Positions 13,572-26,690 of a stretch of DNA of 64,000 nt are shown one piece after another; position 1 is the first letter of the stretch; every line of letters begins with the position of its first letter. Source of the DNA: Mobula hypostoma (lineage: Eukaryota). Both the position numbers and the translations under genes were made by a program. Where the stretch lies: positions 32,674,001-32,738,000 of the forward strand of contig NC_086122.1 of the NCBI RefSeq assembly GCF_963921235.1, written 5' to 3'. The notes beneath the pieces were generated by a model. The model ran no database searches, had not been told where the DNA came from, and saw only the letters and a list, made by a program, of their open reading frames with translations.

Positions 13572-14287
13572 GCCGAGTGAGCGGGACTGGTGCTCCCTCA
13601 GGGAGTGGTCTCCCGTGTAATATTTATTATCCTGTCGTGCCGAGTGAGCGGGGCTGGTGCTGCCCCAAGGAGTGGTCTCCCGTGTAATATTTATTATCCT
13701 GTCGTGCCGAGTGAGCGGGGCTGGTGCTGCCCCAAGGAGTGGTCTCCCGTGTAATATTTATTATCCTGTCGTGCCGAGTGAGCGGGGCTGGTGCTCCCTC
13801 AGGGAGTGGTCTCCCGTGTAATATTTATTATCCTGTCGTGCCGAGTGAGCGGGGCTGGTGCTGCCCCAAGGAGTGGTCTCCCGTGTAATATTTATTATCC
13901 TGTCGAGTGAACGGGGCTTGTGCTCCTCCAAGGAGTGGTCTCCCGTGTAATATTCATTATCCTGTCGGAGTGAACGGGGCTTGTGCTCCTCCAAGGAGTG
14001 GTCTCCCGTTTAATATTTATGTCGAGTGAACGGGGCTTGTGCTCCTCCAAGGAGTGGTCTCCCGTGTAATATTCATTATCCTGTCGAGTGAACGGGGCTT
14101 GTGCTCCTCCAAGGAGTGGTCTCCCGTTTAATATTTATTATCCTGTCGTGCCGAGTGAGCGGGGCTGGTGCTGCCCCAAGGAGTGGTCTCCCGTGTAATA
14201 TTTATTATCCTGTCGTGCCGAGTGAGCGGGGCTGGTGCTGCCTCAGGGAATGGTCTCCCGTGTAATATTTATTATCCTATCGTGCCG
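13572..14287. repeat. Minisatellite, about 11 units of a 67-bp repeat with shorter 56-63 bp variants in the middle
   Basis: Unit GCCGAGTGAGCGGGGCTGGTGCTGCCCCAAGGAGTGGTCTCCCGTGTAATATTTATTATCCTGTCGT recurs at 13572, 13639, 13706, 13773, 13840 and onward. Confidence 0.95.
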
Positions 14288-14547
14288 CGTGTAATGCATC
14301 TTCTTTCATCACCCTTACCAGAATACGCAATTACTCGGCGGAAAGGTGTTTTCCTTGTTTATTTTTTTTTGTCAATTTTCTCAATTCGTCCTCTATTCTC
14401 GAACATTTCTACCCACTGGGAACAGCACCTCCCTATTTACCTTGAATACTTATGTCAAATCTCTTTCTTAACTCGATGCCCTCTATTCCTGAACATTTCT
14501 ACCCACTGGGAACATTAGCTCCCTATTTACTTTGAGTACTTCTATCA

Positions 14548-15655
14548 AATCAGAATCAGGGTTAATGTCACCGGTATATGGCGTGAAATGGGTTAACTTT
14601 GCAGCAGCAGTACATATAGGAAAGAATTACAGTGGGTATATATGTACATTAATTAAAATAAGTAGTGCAAAAACTAAAAAGGAAATAGTGAGGTAGTGTT
14701 CATGGGTTCAATATCCATTCAGAAATCTGATGGCAGAGGGGAAGAAGCTGTTCGTGAATCGCTGAGTGTGTGCCTTCATGTTTCTGTACCTCCTTCCAAA
14801 TGGTAACAATGAGAAGAGGGCTTGTCCTGGATGATGGGGGTTCTTAATGATGGACACACCTCTCTGAGGCACCACTCCTTGGGGCAAGATGTCTTAGATA
14901 CCACAGAGGCTAGTACCCATGGTGGAGCCAGCTAATTCTACCACTCTCTGCACTTTGAGCCACCGCCCCCCCCCCCCCACCGCCCTACCATACCAGACAC
15001 TGGTGCAGCCAGTCAGAATGCTCTCCAAAGCACATCTGTAGAAGTTTTCAAGTGTTTTAGGTGACCAAACAAATCTCCTCAAACTCCGAATGCAGTATAG
15101 CCAGTGATTTGCTTTCTTTGTAGCTGCATTGATAATTTAGGTCCAGGTAAGCTCCTCAGAGGCATTGACACTCAGGAACTTGAAATTGCTGACCCTTTCC
15201 ACTTCTGATTCCTGATGAGGACTGGTGTGTATTTCCCTGTCTTACCCTTTCTGAAGTCTACGATCAGCTCTTTAGTCTTACGGACATTGCGTGCAAGATT
15301 GTAGGTGTGACACCCATTCAATTTAATCAGAATCAGGTTTATTATCACCGGCATGTGACGTGAAATTTATTAACTTAGCAGCAGCAGTTCAATGCAATAC
15401 ATAATCTAGAGGAGAAAAGAAATAAAGTAAATAATAATAAACAAGTAAATCAATTACAGTATATATACACTGAACAGATTTTTAAAATGTGCAAAAAACA
15501 GAAATACTGTATATTTAAAAAAAAGTGAGGTAGTGCCCAAGGATTCAAGTCCATTTGGGAATCGAATGGCAGAGGGGAAGAAGCTGTTCCTGAATCACTG
15601 AGTGTGTGCCTTCAGGCTTCTGTACCTCCTTCCTGATGGTAACAGTGAGAAAAGG
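14548..15655 (-). mobile_element. Two tandem Rex/L2-type LINE 3' fragments with (CTGATT)n tails
   Basis: LESILTGC..VWYG, KTKELIVDFRK, LLPSGRRYRSL; AATCAGAATCAG ends at about 14548 and 15326. Confidence 0.8.
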
Positions 15656-16271
15656 AAGAACTGGTATATCTCACTCCTGCACTTATCTCTCTTCTCCATC
15701 TCCTTCTTAACTTGTCCTCTGCTCCTGAACCTTTCTAGCACTGGGAACAGTGCTTCCCTATTTACATTGAATACTTCTATCAAACCTCTTTGCAATCTTT
15801 GTGGAGATACTGACTTTAGAGGTTGAAAACACAAAACGCAAGAGGAACCCAGTAGTTCAGGCAGTATTGTGGAACAGGCTCAATGGGCCAAATGGTCTAA
15901 TTCTGCTCCAATGTTTTATGATCTATGGAAGGAAATGGACAGTTGACGTTTCTGGTCAAAGCCTTTCATTTGGATGTAATCCAGACCAGATGAAGGGTCT
16001 CAACCCAAAATATTGACTGACCATTTTGATCCACAGATGCTGCCTGACCTGCTGAGTTCCTTCAGTTTTAGATTCCAGCATCGGCAATCTTTTCTCTCTC
16101 CTAAAAATGAATAGCTGATCAAGGGCAAAATACCGTGGATGCTGGAGGTATGAACTAAAAACAAAATGCTATGAATGTTCAATTGTATAGGCAGCATATG
16201 TAGAGGAAAAACATGATTTTTTTTGTTAAACTTAACAACTTTCTAATAAACAAGTCACAGCTGGTCTATAG

Positions 16272-18130
16272 TGACATACACAAAATGCCGGAGGAATTCA
16301 GCAGGTCAGGCAGCATCTAAGGAAATGAATAAACAGTCAGAATTTTGGGCCGAGACCCTTCTTCAGGACTGGAAAGGAAGGGGAGAGATGCCAGAATAAA
16401 AAGCTGGGGGGGGAGGGGAAGGAGGATAGGGAGAAGGTGATAGATGAAGCCAGGTGGGTAGGAAAGGTAAAGGGCTGGTGAAGAAATAATCTAATAGGAG
16501 AGAATATTGGACTATAGGAGAAAGGGAAGGAGGAGGGGCACCAGGGGGAGGTGATAGGCAGGTGGGAAGAAGAGGTATGAGGCCAGAGTGGGGAATATAA
16601 GAAGAGGGAAGAGAAGGGGAAAATTACCAGAAGGAGAAATCGATGTTCATGCCATCAGGTTACACAGAATATGACGTGTCACTTCTCCGCCTTGAGTGTG
16701 GTCCTGTCGTGGCACAAGAGGAGGCCTTGGACTGACACACTGAAACAGGAAAGGGGATAGGGATTAAAATTGTTCATCACCAGGAAATCCTGCTTTTGGC
16801 GGATGGAGTGGGGACGCTTGATTAAGCGGTCCCCCAGTCTACGCCAGGTCCCACCAGTGTAGAGGAGACCACATCGGGAGCACAGGATACAATGGATGAC
16901 TCCAACAGATTCACAGGTGAACGGTTGCCTTACCTGGACAGACTGTTTTGGGCCCTGAATGGAAGTGAATGGGCAGGTTTGGCATTTCTGTCACTTACAG
17001 GGATAAGTGCCAGGAGGGAGATTGGTGGGGCGGGATGAGTGGACAAGTGAATCATGGAGGGAGCGGTCCCTGTGGAAAGCAGAGAATGGGGGGAAGGAGG
17101 TAAAGATGTGCTTGGTAGCAGGATCCCACTGAAGATGGCGGAAGTTGCGGAGGATGATGTGTTGGATGCAGAGGCTCATGGGGTGGTAGTGGAGGGCAAG
17201 AGGAACTCTATTCCTGTTAAGGTGGCAGGAAGATGGGGTGAGCGCAGATGTCTGCGAAATGGAGAAGATGCGGGTGCCAGTGGCATCAATGGTGGAAGGA
17301 GGAGAATCTCTATGATGTCCTGGAAAGGAAAGCTTCATCCTGGGGTGGGATGTGATTGAGACAAAGGAACTGAGAAAAGGGGATAATATATTTACAGAAG
17401 GCAGGGTGGGAAGAGGTACAGATGAGATAACCACGGGAATCGGTAAGTTGGTAATCGTCTTGTATCGGACTGCAAAACACTCCAGCGTGTGGTGAAAACT
17501 GCCCAGCGGATTATCGGCACCCAATTGCCCACCATTGAGAACATCTACTATAAACGCTGCCTGGGCAGGGCGAAAAGCATTATCAAGGATGCATCTCACC
17601 CTAACCATGGACTTTTTACTCTCCTCCCATCCGGTAGGTGCTACAGGAGCCTCTGCTCCCACACCAGCAGGCTCAGGAAGAGCTTCTTCCCTGAGGCTGT
17701 GACCCTGCTGAACCTCACATCACAGCGCTAAGCAGTATTGCACCCACATTGTTCTGTCTCAGTACTTTTATATTTGCGTGCTGTAGCACTTACTTTTTAT
17801 TCACAGTTATTTTGTAAATAACACTATTCTTTGCATTTCTGGTCAGATGCTAACTGCACTTCATTGGCTTTGTATCTGTACTCGGCACAATGACAATAAA
17901 GTTGAATCTAATCTAATCTAAACAGTTTGTCTCCAGAGACGGAGACAGAGAGATTGTGAAAAGTGTCCGAAATGGACCTGGTGAAGTTAAGGGCAGGGTG
18001 AAAGTTGGTGAAAAAATTGATGAAATTGACCAGCCCATCACAGGTGCATGAAGCAGCGCCAACGCAGTCATCAATGTAGTGCAGGAAGGAGGAGTTGGGG
18101 AGCATTACCAGGCATTACTTGGGACATGGA
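16272..18130 (-). mobile_element. 5'-truncated, decayed Penelope-like retroelement (RT C-terminus, GIY-YIG region, pLTR), interrupted by a LINE at 17451-17920
   Basis: HYIDDCVGA RT motif, RVPLALHYHP and SLHDSLVHS..PGTYPCK linker; its 3' end matches the fold-back arms including the hammerhead core. Confidence 0.85.
17451..17920 (+). mobile_element. Rex/L2-type LINE 3' fragment inserted in the Penelope element
   Basis: VVKTAQRIIG..LLPSGRCYRS; AATAAAG followed by (AATCT)n tail. Confidence 0.85.
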
Positions 18131-18749
18131 GATAGAGGAAAGTGGATTGCACAGCACACCAATACCAGAAGACCAAACAAGATAAAATGGAGGTGTAACA
18201 TAAAATATAACATTATTATTAATGGGATTCTTTACTGTACATAATTGTAAAATAAAATTAAATTGGGTGTTTTGACTCAATTATCAAAGAGAATCTAACA
18301 TCCAATTACTCGCTGGATACTAGACATTTGTAACTGGTCATTAACATAAGTGATTCTGTAAATGCTCGAAACGCCAATTCCATATTCATTTCCATCGATG
18401 CTAGCTGATCTGCAGAGTTGCTCTAGTATTTTGTGTGTCTTGTTCTGGATTTCCAGCATCTGCAGAATCTCTTGTGCCTGTGAAGAACCCCGTGCTCTCC
18501 AAAAGTTACCTTCTCTAGACGACCAATTTCATCAGGACTTCTCATTTCCAACTACCCCACCATTAAAATAAGTTCTCTCCACCCAGCTCCAATACTTTAA
18601 GAACTGATAAAAGATTCAAAGAGTCTTTATGACAACCCCTTGGACATTTCTCCCAGAATGCTTGGCCAAATTAGTTCTTAATTCCTGGAAAACTCAAAAG
18701 ATAAGCAAAGCCCAACATTTAACAAATACACACAAATAACAAAGTTAAT

Positions 18750-20212
18750 TGCTACACTGCAGTGGACAGCAAGGAAGACCATCTCATGGCTTGTAGTGAG
18801 ATCTGGGCCGGCTGGAAAGATGGGCTGAAAAATGTCAGATGGAATTTAATGCAGACAAGTGCGGGGTGTTGCACTTTGGTAGAACCAATCGGGGTAGCTC
18901 TTACATAATGAATGGCAGGACACTGAGGAATGCTGCAGAACAAAGGGATCTGGGAATACAGGTCCATAATTCTTTGAAAGTGGCATCACAGGTTGATAGG
19001 GTCGAAAAGAAAGCTTTTGGCACATTGGTGATCAAAGTATTGAGTACAGGAGATGGGATGTTATGTTGAAGTTGGATAAGACATGGGTGAAGCCTAATTT
19101 GGAGTATTGTGCGCAGTTTTGGTCACCTACCTACAGGAAAGATGTAAATAATGTTGAAAGAGTACATAGAAAATTTAGACATATGTTTTCAGATCTGGAG
19201 GACCTGAATTATATGGAAAAATTGAATAGGTGAGTACTTTATTCCTTGGAATGTAGAAGATTGAGAGGCGGTTTGATAGAGGTATATAGAATTATGAGGG
19301 GTATAGATACAGTAAATGCAAGCAGGCGTTTTCCACTGAGGTTGGGTGGAACTGCAACTAGAGGTCATGGGTTAATAGACAATGGGTGCAGGAGCAGGCC
19401 ATTCGGCCCCTCAAGCCAGCACCACCATTCACTGTGATCATGGCTGACCATCCACAATCAGTATCCAGTTCCTGCCTTATCCCCATAACCTTTGATTCCA
19501 TTATCTTTAAGAGCTCTATCCATCTCTTTCTTGAAAGCATCCAGAGACTTGGCCTCCACTGCCTTCTGGAGCAGAGCATTCCACATATCCACCACTCTCT
19601 GGGTGAAAAAGTTTTTCCTCAACTCCATTCTAAATGGCCTACCCCTTATTCTTAAACTATGGCCTCTGGTTCTGGACTCACCCATCAGCAGGAACATGCT
19701 TCCTGCCTCCACCATGTCTAAACCCTTAATAATCTTACATGTTTCAATCAGATCCCCTCTCATCCTTCTCAATTCCAGTGTATACAAGCCCAGTCGCTCC
19801 AATCTTTCAACATATGACAGACTCGCCATCCCGGGAATTAACCTGGTGAACCTACGCTGCACTCCCTCAATAGCAAGAATGTCCTTCCTCAAATTTGGAG
19901 ACCAAAACTGCACACAACTGTACTCCAGGTGTGGTCTCACCAAGGCCCTGTACTGCTGCAGAAGGACCTCTTTGGGTGAAAGGGGAACATGAGGGGAAAC
20001 CTCTTCACTCAGAGGGTGGTGAAATCAGCTGCCAGTGCACGGGAGCCCGATTTCAAGGTTTAAGAGAAGTTTGGACAGGTACACGGGTGGTAGGGGTATG
20101 GAGGGCTACGGTCCCGGTGCAGGTCGATGGGAATAGGCAGTTTTTAAAAAATGGCTCGGCCCGGACTAGATGGGCAGAATGGCCTGTTTCCGTGCTGTAC
20201 TTTTCTATGACT
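18750..20212 (+). mobile_element. CR1 3' portion containing a nested opposite-strand CR1 (about 19375-19968)
   Basis: MEFNADKC..HFGR, LEYCAQFWSP; nested copy VRPHLEY..RTRGHSLRI on the minus strand. Confidence 0.88.
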
Positions 20213-20289
20213 CAAAAGACCCCTGGATGTTTAACGCGATAGCAACGCTTGCACAAAGCTCGGGCTACAAAGTTGTAGATGTCATGAGG

Positions 20290-20493
20290 CAAAGATCTGC
20301 CGGGCGCTCACTTTGTACGCAATTTCCTCTCTGTCGCAAGGCGAGGCAGGCCACGGAGCCGCCACTGAACCAATCGGCAAGGCAGGCACCAGGCCGACGC
20401 CCCGTTAATGTGAGAGCCCCGCTCGTGTGGTGCCGGAGGGAGCGGCCGAGCGCTGGTTTGCAGTTAGTTCAGCGGGTCATCTCGGCGTTAAAC
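20290..20493 (+). promoter_or_regulatory. AK2 CpG-rich promoter/5' UTR with CCAAT box at 20370-20374
   Basis: GC/CpG-rich non-repeat sequence directly upstream of exon 1. Confidence 0.7.
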
Positions 20494-20592
20494 ATGAGCC
20501 CGGCGGCCGAAGAGGAACCGAAAGTGAGCCGTGCTCAGCGGGGAATCAGGGCGATCCTTCTGGGCCCTCCCGGAGCCGGGAAAGGCACGCAG
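20494..20592 (+). CDS. AK2: Adenylate kinase 2(-like) exon 1 (MSPAAEEEPKVSRAQRGIRAILLGPPGAGKGTQ)
   Basis: P-loop GPPGAGKGT; donor CAG|GTTGGT; CpG island. Confidence 0.93.
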
Positions 20593-22194
20593 GTTGGTGC
20601 AAAGTTGGCCTGACGCTCTGCCAAACCATGTTCCCCTTGCTTCCAAAGTTTGGATTTGGACCATGCTAGGGTTCGGGTAGGAAGGTTACTTCTGTTAAAC
20701 TGGTGTGCATTTACACCATCAAAGTAGGAGTACATTTACGACCTAAGTCCTGTTTAGTTGTTTGATTAAGTCCATTGGCAGATTGGATTCCATTTTCATG
20801 TAAAGACACTTTGACCTTCAACGACTTCCAAAAAAAATAGTTCGGGATGTTTAGGTGCTGCACAATGTCAGTTAAGGTTTTGAACTATAGAATCACGTCT
20901 AGAATTTAAGTGTGGGTTGCTAATTTATAGAATGAGGGGAAATGATACTCTTGTTTTATCTTTAAAACGAATATCTAACCTGGTGTGAGATCTGTTCAGT
21001 GTGAGAATCTCCTGCCCTGAAGAAGGGTCTCGGCCTGAAACACTAACTGTTTATTCATTTCCATAGTTGCTGCCTGACCTGCTGAGTTCCCCCACCATTT
21101 TGTATGTGTCACTTTGGATTTCCAGCATCTCAGCATTTTCTCATGTTTATTGGTTATTCTTTAGGATTCTTTAATTTATAATTTGTATCAGCCTTAAATT
21201 GTATTTGTGGGAAATAAGTTGTTTATATTTATCCGAGGGCAAGGATTGTGGCTGCCCGAAAGGCGATTGATTTTATTTTTTTAGATCCACCACCTCTACT
21301 TTGCTTCACCATGGCTGTGGCTCCCCACTGCCCAGATGTTCCAGGGTTGAGTGTAGGGCCAGTGAAACCATTGCTGCAACTCTCCAATGTGACGAGGCTC
21401 TAAATTTCTTTTTAAAAAAGGAGAGGCTTCTAGAGAGTGGGTTTTAGGAATGCTTCCTGCACCTTGCTTTGTATTCTCAACCGAGTTAGTGAAAATGTTT
21501 ATTGGGGTAACTTGTATTGGGCTTCTGCCTCAGCAATGGCAACTTCATACTCTCTGCTGCTAAACCCCTTCAATCGTGATGCTTTTATCTCCAATCAGCG
21601 GATCTGGTTTTCCATAAGCTAGCTTTCCATCTGCTACGTTTCACAATCTTTAGTGTAACTTTTGGTCATATCTGAACTTGCACAATTCTGTCACGCCCAG
21701 TGCTTGTGACCCCACACTGAGCCACCCATTCCAGCCTAGCCTTAAATGTACAGCAGCTATATTTCATTAGGAGTTTGAGGGGCTTGAGTATGTTACCAAA
21801 AACACTCGAAAATCTCTACAGATGTACCATGGAGAGCATTCTAACTTCCTTCATCACCATCTGGTACGGGGTGGGGGGGGGGGGTGTAGGCTATTGCACA
21901 AGACCGAAGTAAGCTGGAGAGAGTTGTAAAATTAGCCAGCTCCATCATGCGCATTAGCCTCCTGGTCAACTTCAAGGAGCAATACCTCAGGAAGGTGGCT
22001 TCCATCATTAAGGACCTCCACCACCCAGGACCTGCCCTCTTCTCATTGCTATGATCAGGAAGGCACATGCTCAACAATTCAGGAACAGCTTCTGCCATCT
22101 AATTTTTGAATCGACATTGAACCCATGAGCACTGCCTCACTACATTTCTTTTCCCTATTTTTTGCTCTACTTATTTAATTTAACTTTTAATATA

Positions 22195-23470
22195 CAGTTG
22201 CAGGAAAAGGTTCATGAACCATTTGGAATTACCTGCTTTTCTACATTAATTGCTCATAAAATGTCTGATCTTCAACTAAGTCCCAATAACAGACAAACAC
22301 AGTCTGCCTAAGCTAATAACAGAAGCAATTGCACTACTTCTCGTCCATACCGAGTTCACCATTTAAACAAACAGTCTAGGTTCAAAAAAGAATGTGAACC
22401 TCTGGGGTAATGCCTTCTACAAAACCTATTTAGAGTCAGGTCTTCCCATCACTGAGATGAGATTGGAGGTGTGGGTTGTAGAGGTGCCCTGCCCTATAAA
22501 AAAAGACACACACGGTCAGGTTACTGACGGAGCCTGTTCTTCTAAAAAGATCTCTTTATGTGCACCATGCCTTTATGAAAACAACTTTCAGAGGACCTTA
22601 GAAGAATAATTGTAGGGATGCATGAAGCTGGAAAAAGCTACAAAAGCATTTTTAAAGACCTGGGTGTTCATCAGTCCACAGGAAGAGAAATTGTCTCCAA
22701 ATGGAGGAATTTCAGTACTGTTGCTACTCTCACTAGGAGTGGGTGTCCTGCAAAGATTACACCAAAAGCACAACGTGAAATGCTGAAAGAGGTGAAAGGA
22801 ACCCAAGGGTTACTGCAAAAGATCTGTAGAAATTTCTGCAACTTGCTAAAGTCTCCATTCATGTGCCCACTATTTTAAAAAAAACACTGAACAAGAATGG
22901 TGTTCATGGAAGGATACCACAATGGAAATTACTGCTCTCCAAAGCAAACATGGTTGCACATCTCAAGTTTGCAGAAGAACACCTGGATTTTCTACAGCAC
23001 ATTCTGGGACAATGTTCTGTGGACAGATGAGACAAAAGTTGAACTTTTTGGCAGAAATGCACGTTGCTATGTTTGGAGGAAAAGGGGCACTGCGCACCAC
23101 AGCAAAGCCTCATCCCAGCTGTGATGCATGGTGGAAGGAGCATCATGAGCACCAGGGCTGCCTCCGAGTCTGGACAGCTTCCAATCATTGGGGGGACAAT
23201 GAATTTAAAATTGTATCAAGGCATTTTACAGGAGAACGTCAGGGTAGCAGTCCATCACCTGAAACTCAATAGAAGTTGGATGATGCAACAAGATAATGAT
23301 CCGAAACACTAGAGAAAATCAACAGACTGGTTTAAAAAGAAGAAAATTCATGTTTTGGAATGGCTGAGTTAGACTCCAGACCTTAACCCAATTGCGATGC
23401 TGTGGCATGACCTGAAAAGGTTCATGCAAGATATCCCAGAAATATTGATGAATTGAGGCAGTTTTGTATG
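22195..23470 (+). mobile_element. Tc1-like DNA transposon, decayed and 3'-truncated
   Basis: TA then CAGTTGCAGGAAAAGG left TIR; paired-like HTH; WTDETK, QQDNDPKH and PDLNPI motifs with frameshifts. Confidence 0.92.
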
Positions 23471-23747
23471 GACTATGTGCAGCTAGTTGACAGCATGCTT
23501 CAAGCATATAACACCATGAAGTGCAACGTATCACTTAAAAGATTCATTTTCTGCATTGCCATTTGGACTTCTTCCCTGCAAATCTTGGCACTGTCAGTGA
23601 CGAGGTTGATGAAAGGTGAGATACAGTACTGTGAAAAGTCTTAAGTACATATCAAGAATACAAGAAATGCCCTCTCTTTACACCCTTCCCACTCTCAGTC
23701 CACAGTAAAGACCCATACCAGAATCAGGGTTATCATCACTCACATTA

Positions 23748-24077
23748 CAAGGGGCAATTAATAAGTTCGTGGCCTAAGGTAGGAGGAGTCAATTTTAGAA
23801 AACCTAACACATTTATTTTTCCTACGTTTACACACTTAGTTCAGCAGTCGTGGAGCATACGGATCCCTTCTTTGTAGAAGTCGGCGTCTTGGACCTCCAG
23901 AAGTGGTCTACAGCGGGGGTGATTGATACGTTCGTGGCCTCAGGTAGAAGGAGATGAGTTATTAACTTCAAATTTTCTGCATTTTCACACAAAGGGTTGA
24001 ACTGCAGGCGCATGGAATGAGAGCTGTATAACTCATCTCCTTCTACCTTAGGCCACGAACCTATCAATCACCCCTCA
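23748..24077. mobile_element. Mariner-type MITE with an extra internal TIR copy
   Basis: TA-flanked inverted ends GGGG..ATTGATAAGTTCGTGGCCTAAGGTAGAAGGAG; third copy at about 23914-23953. Confidence 0.82.
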
Positions 24078-24129
24078 TATGTCATGGAATTTGTTTTTCA
24101 TGGCAGTGCAGTGCAATACATAAACACCA

Positions 24130-24196
24130 CAGTACTATGCAAAGGTCTTAGGCTCCCTTGCTAAGTGTATGTGCCCAAGTCTTTTGCAAGGTACTG
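24130..24196. mobile_element. About 67-bp Tc1-type MITE (CAGTACTGTGCAAAAGTCTTAGGCAC family)
   Basis: Imperfect palindrome ending GTACTG-TA; half copy at about 23624-23650. Confidence 0.65.
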
Positions 24197-24610
24197 TAGA
24201 AATTTTATGTATTGCCACAAAAAACTAATTTCATGGCATAATGTGAGTGACGTTAAACCTGATTCTGACATGTAGTATCCCCAAAGTGTGACTGATCGAA
24301 GTCACCAGAGAGACACTGAAGCTGATGATGTAGAAGTCTTTATTCAGTTCAACAAGCAGGCATCATTCTGGAGACACTCCCACTAGAGGCTCACAAACCC
24401 AAAGGTACATCACATTTTTATACCCCTAAGATCAGGGAACAGCAGGTGATTCAATGCAATTTCAATATTTATTTGTGATAAAACATTTCACGTTTAATGT
24501 TCTTGTGTGATTACTTCGTGTGAATAATTTCAATTGGTTTTAATAAAAATAGCTTAGCTAATTGCTAACTGGAGAAAATAAAAACCTCTTGAATTTTGTT
24601 TTTCCATTAG

Positions 24611-24736
24611 GCTCATAAGCTTGCTGACCACTACAATGTCTGTCACTTATCGACAGGTGACATGTTGCGAGCCATGGTGGCAAGTGGATCAGAATTGGGA
24701 CAGAAGTTAAAGAAAACGCTGGATGCTGGCAAATTA
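24611..24736 (+). CDS. AK2: AK2 exon 2 ([42 protein letters not shown])
   Basis: 126 nt, attag acceptor, gtaagt donor; [12 protein letters not shown]-binding motif. Confidence 0.96.
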
Positions 24737-25012
24737 GTAAGTGCAATGTTCTGAAATGGTGAATGGGGAAAATCCTGCCCATGAAGTACTCACAAGAGAG
24801 AGGGAAGTATAGTTAACATTTCAGATTCATGATCTTTAATTAGATCATAGATCTGAAACAGTAAGCTTATTTGTCCCTCCATAGACGCTGCCTGAGCTCA
24901 TGTACTTCCAGGATGTTTTTCACTTTAATAATCAAAAGTGAAGAACAAGACTTTGTGGATGTCAGGAGTCCGAAATGTAAGCATGTAAAATGCTGGGTAT
25001 AATTTGTAAATC

Positions 25013-26690
25013 CAATGGATTCTGGTAAATTGGGGCACATCAGGACCTATATATTTTGGACCAATTAAGCGGCTGCTCCAATTATCTGAAGTTTCATGGA
25101 AATAGTTTAAAAGGTACAGTATAAAAACATCAAACTACCGTTTAACTGGGTAATGAAATATTTATTTAAATAAAATGCAGAACAAATTGAAACACTACCA
25201 ATATTACTACAATAATACAGTACTACAGTAATAAAGCTGTGTTCAATCATTCGTTATGTGGGGCGATCGTAGTCTTATTGTCCATGACCATGATTGTTTT
25301 TGGCAATTTTTTTACGGAAGTGGTTTGCTATTGCCTTCTTCTGGGCAGCCATTATCAATACTCTTCAGAGATTGTCTGCCTGGTGTCAGTGGTCGAATAA
25401 CCAGGACTTGTGATATGCACCAGTTGTTTGTACGACCATCCACCACCTGCTCCCATGGCTTCACGTGCCCCTAGTTGGGGGCAGTGCGGGTGCTACACCT
25501 TGCCCAAGGGTGACCTGCAAGCAAGTGGAGTGAAGGAGCACCTTACAACTCCTTTGGTAGAGACATATCTCCACCCCACACCCACTGAATAACAAATTAT
25601 GTATTTAAATGAAATACAGAACAGATTAGAACATTGCCAGTATTACTACAGTACTTTAAAACTGTTAGTTTGTAATGGTTACTGGCGGAGGAATTCATGG
25701 AGTGTACACTGGCGTGGTACTCGATTAGTGAACTATCCATTCTTAGCCCCTTAAAACATTGATGTTTAACATTTTTCCCAATAACCCACAATTTATTTTT
25801 ATCAGTTCCTGGCATATTTGAACAACACAACTCAGTCATTGCTTTCTTTGAACCCAAAAGTATTGTGTGTTTGCTGGCAAGGCAACAATTCAGTGGCATG
25901 ATTTTTAAAGAAAGAGCCTGTAGACATCAGGGGAAAAAAGGCATTGTGGGTATCATCTGCACAAAATTTGAAGCAAGTCGGGGAGTTTTGTAGATTTCCA
26001 TGTTTCTGTACTTAGAGCGTCAACACTGCATTTCTTACCGTGTGCTTTCTTGAATTTAATGTGGTTTTTACATTTCCATCGAGACAACCTACCATCTGTT
26101 GCTTTAAAATCTTCATCACCCAGCTTCTTAGCTAGCTCCTCTGACTTGTTTTTTTAACACTGATTCACTGATACGTATACCTTGTCCAGTTACAATAGAA
26201 AACCATTGACTGAGGACCTCTTCAACATCTGGATCTATGCTTTTGTTTTTGGGATGTTCCCTGTTGTCCCTTACGTAATGCCTATTCTTCTCACAGTTTA
26301 TCTTGCTGATGTATGGAGCGTGCAGTTGTAAATTTCAGTACTCCAGTTGTCTCTGCCAGCTGACAATGAGTGGTGTTTAGGGGATGGCTTTTATTTTGGT
26401 CCAGTAATGTAATTTTTTTTCAGCTAGTGTCAAATCTTTTCATGGCTTGAGTCTCAAATTTTTTTAGAAGTCGCAACTAATGAAACAGAATGGTCAAAAA
26501 TCACTGCTTTTTGAATTGGTGTCCTCAGCCCGAGGGGATGACATAACACCAGTACATACAACGGACACAACTGTTCACTCTAAGCCCGGTGTAGTGTCTA
26601 ATGGCCACACAAGAGCCCGTGACTGACCATCTTCTGTCCCAATTAAGCGGCACTGTGTCCCAATAAATGGAGGGAGTTCCGGCTATTTTC
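25013..26690 (-). mobile_element. Tigger/pogo DNA transposon remnant (CENP-B HTH and partial DDE)
   Basis: CAATGGATTC..AATTGGG TIR; DVEEVLSQWF..FKATDGRLSRWK and CSNMPGTDKNKLWVIGK motifs. Confidence 0.85.
25246..25583 (-). mobile_element. Bipartite RTE/Vingi-type SINE (other copies about 38697-39010, 40050-40400, 52105-52425; 3' stub about 34843)
   Basis: Four similar copies of about 330 bp; GAAGGCAATGGCAAACCACTTC body and CATACGAC..ATAATGATGA tail. Confidence 0.75.

Noticed and set aside
13572-14287. CRISPR-like regular repeats
   Set aside because: Units are contiguous with no unique spacers, there are no cas genes, and the context is a vertebrate genome; it is a minisatellite.
20170-20493. 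108-codon in-frame N-terminal extension of AK2
   Set aside because: It starts in a CR1 3' tail and runs through the GC-rich promoter including the CCAAT box; the ATG at 20494 matches the expected AK2 start.
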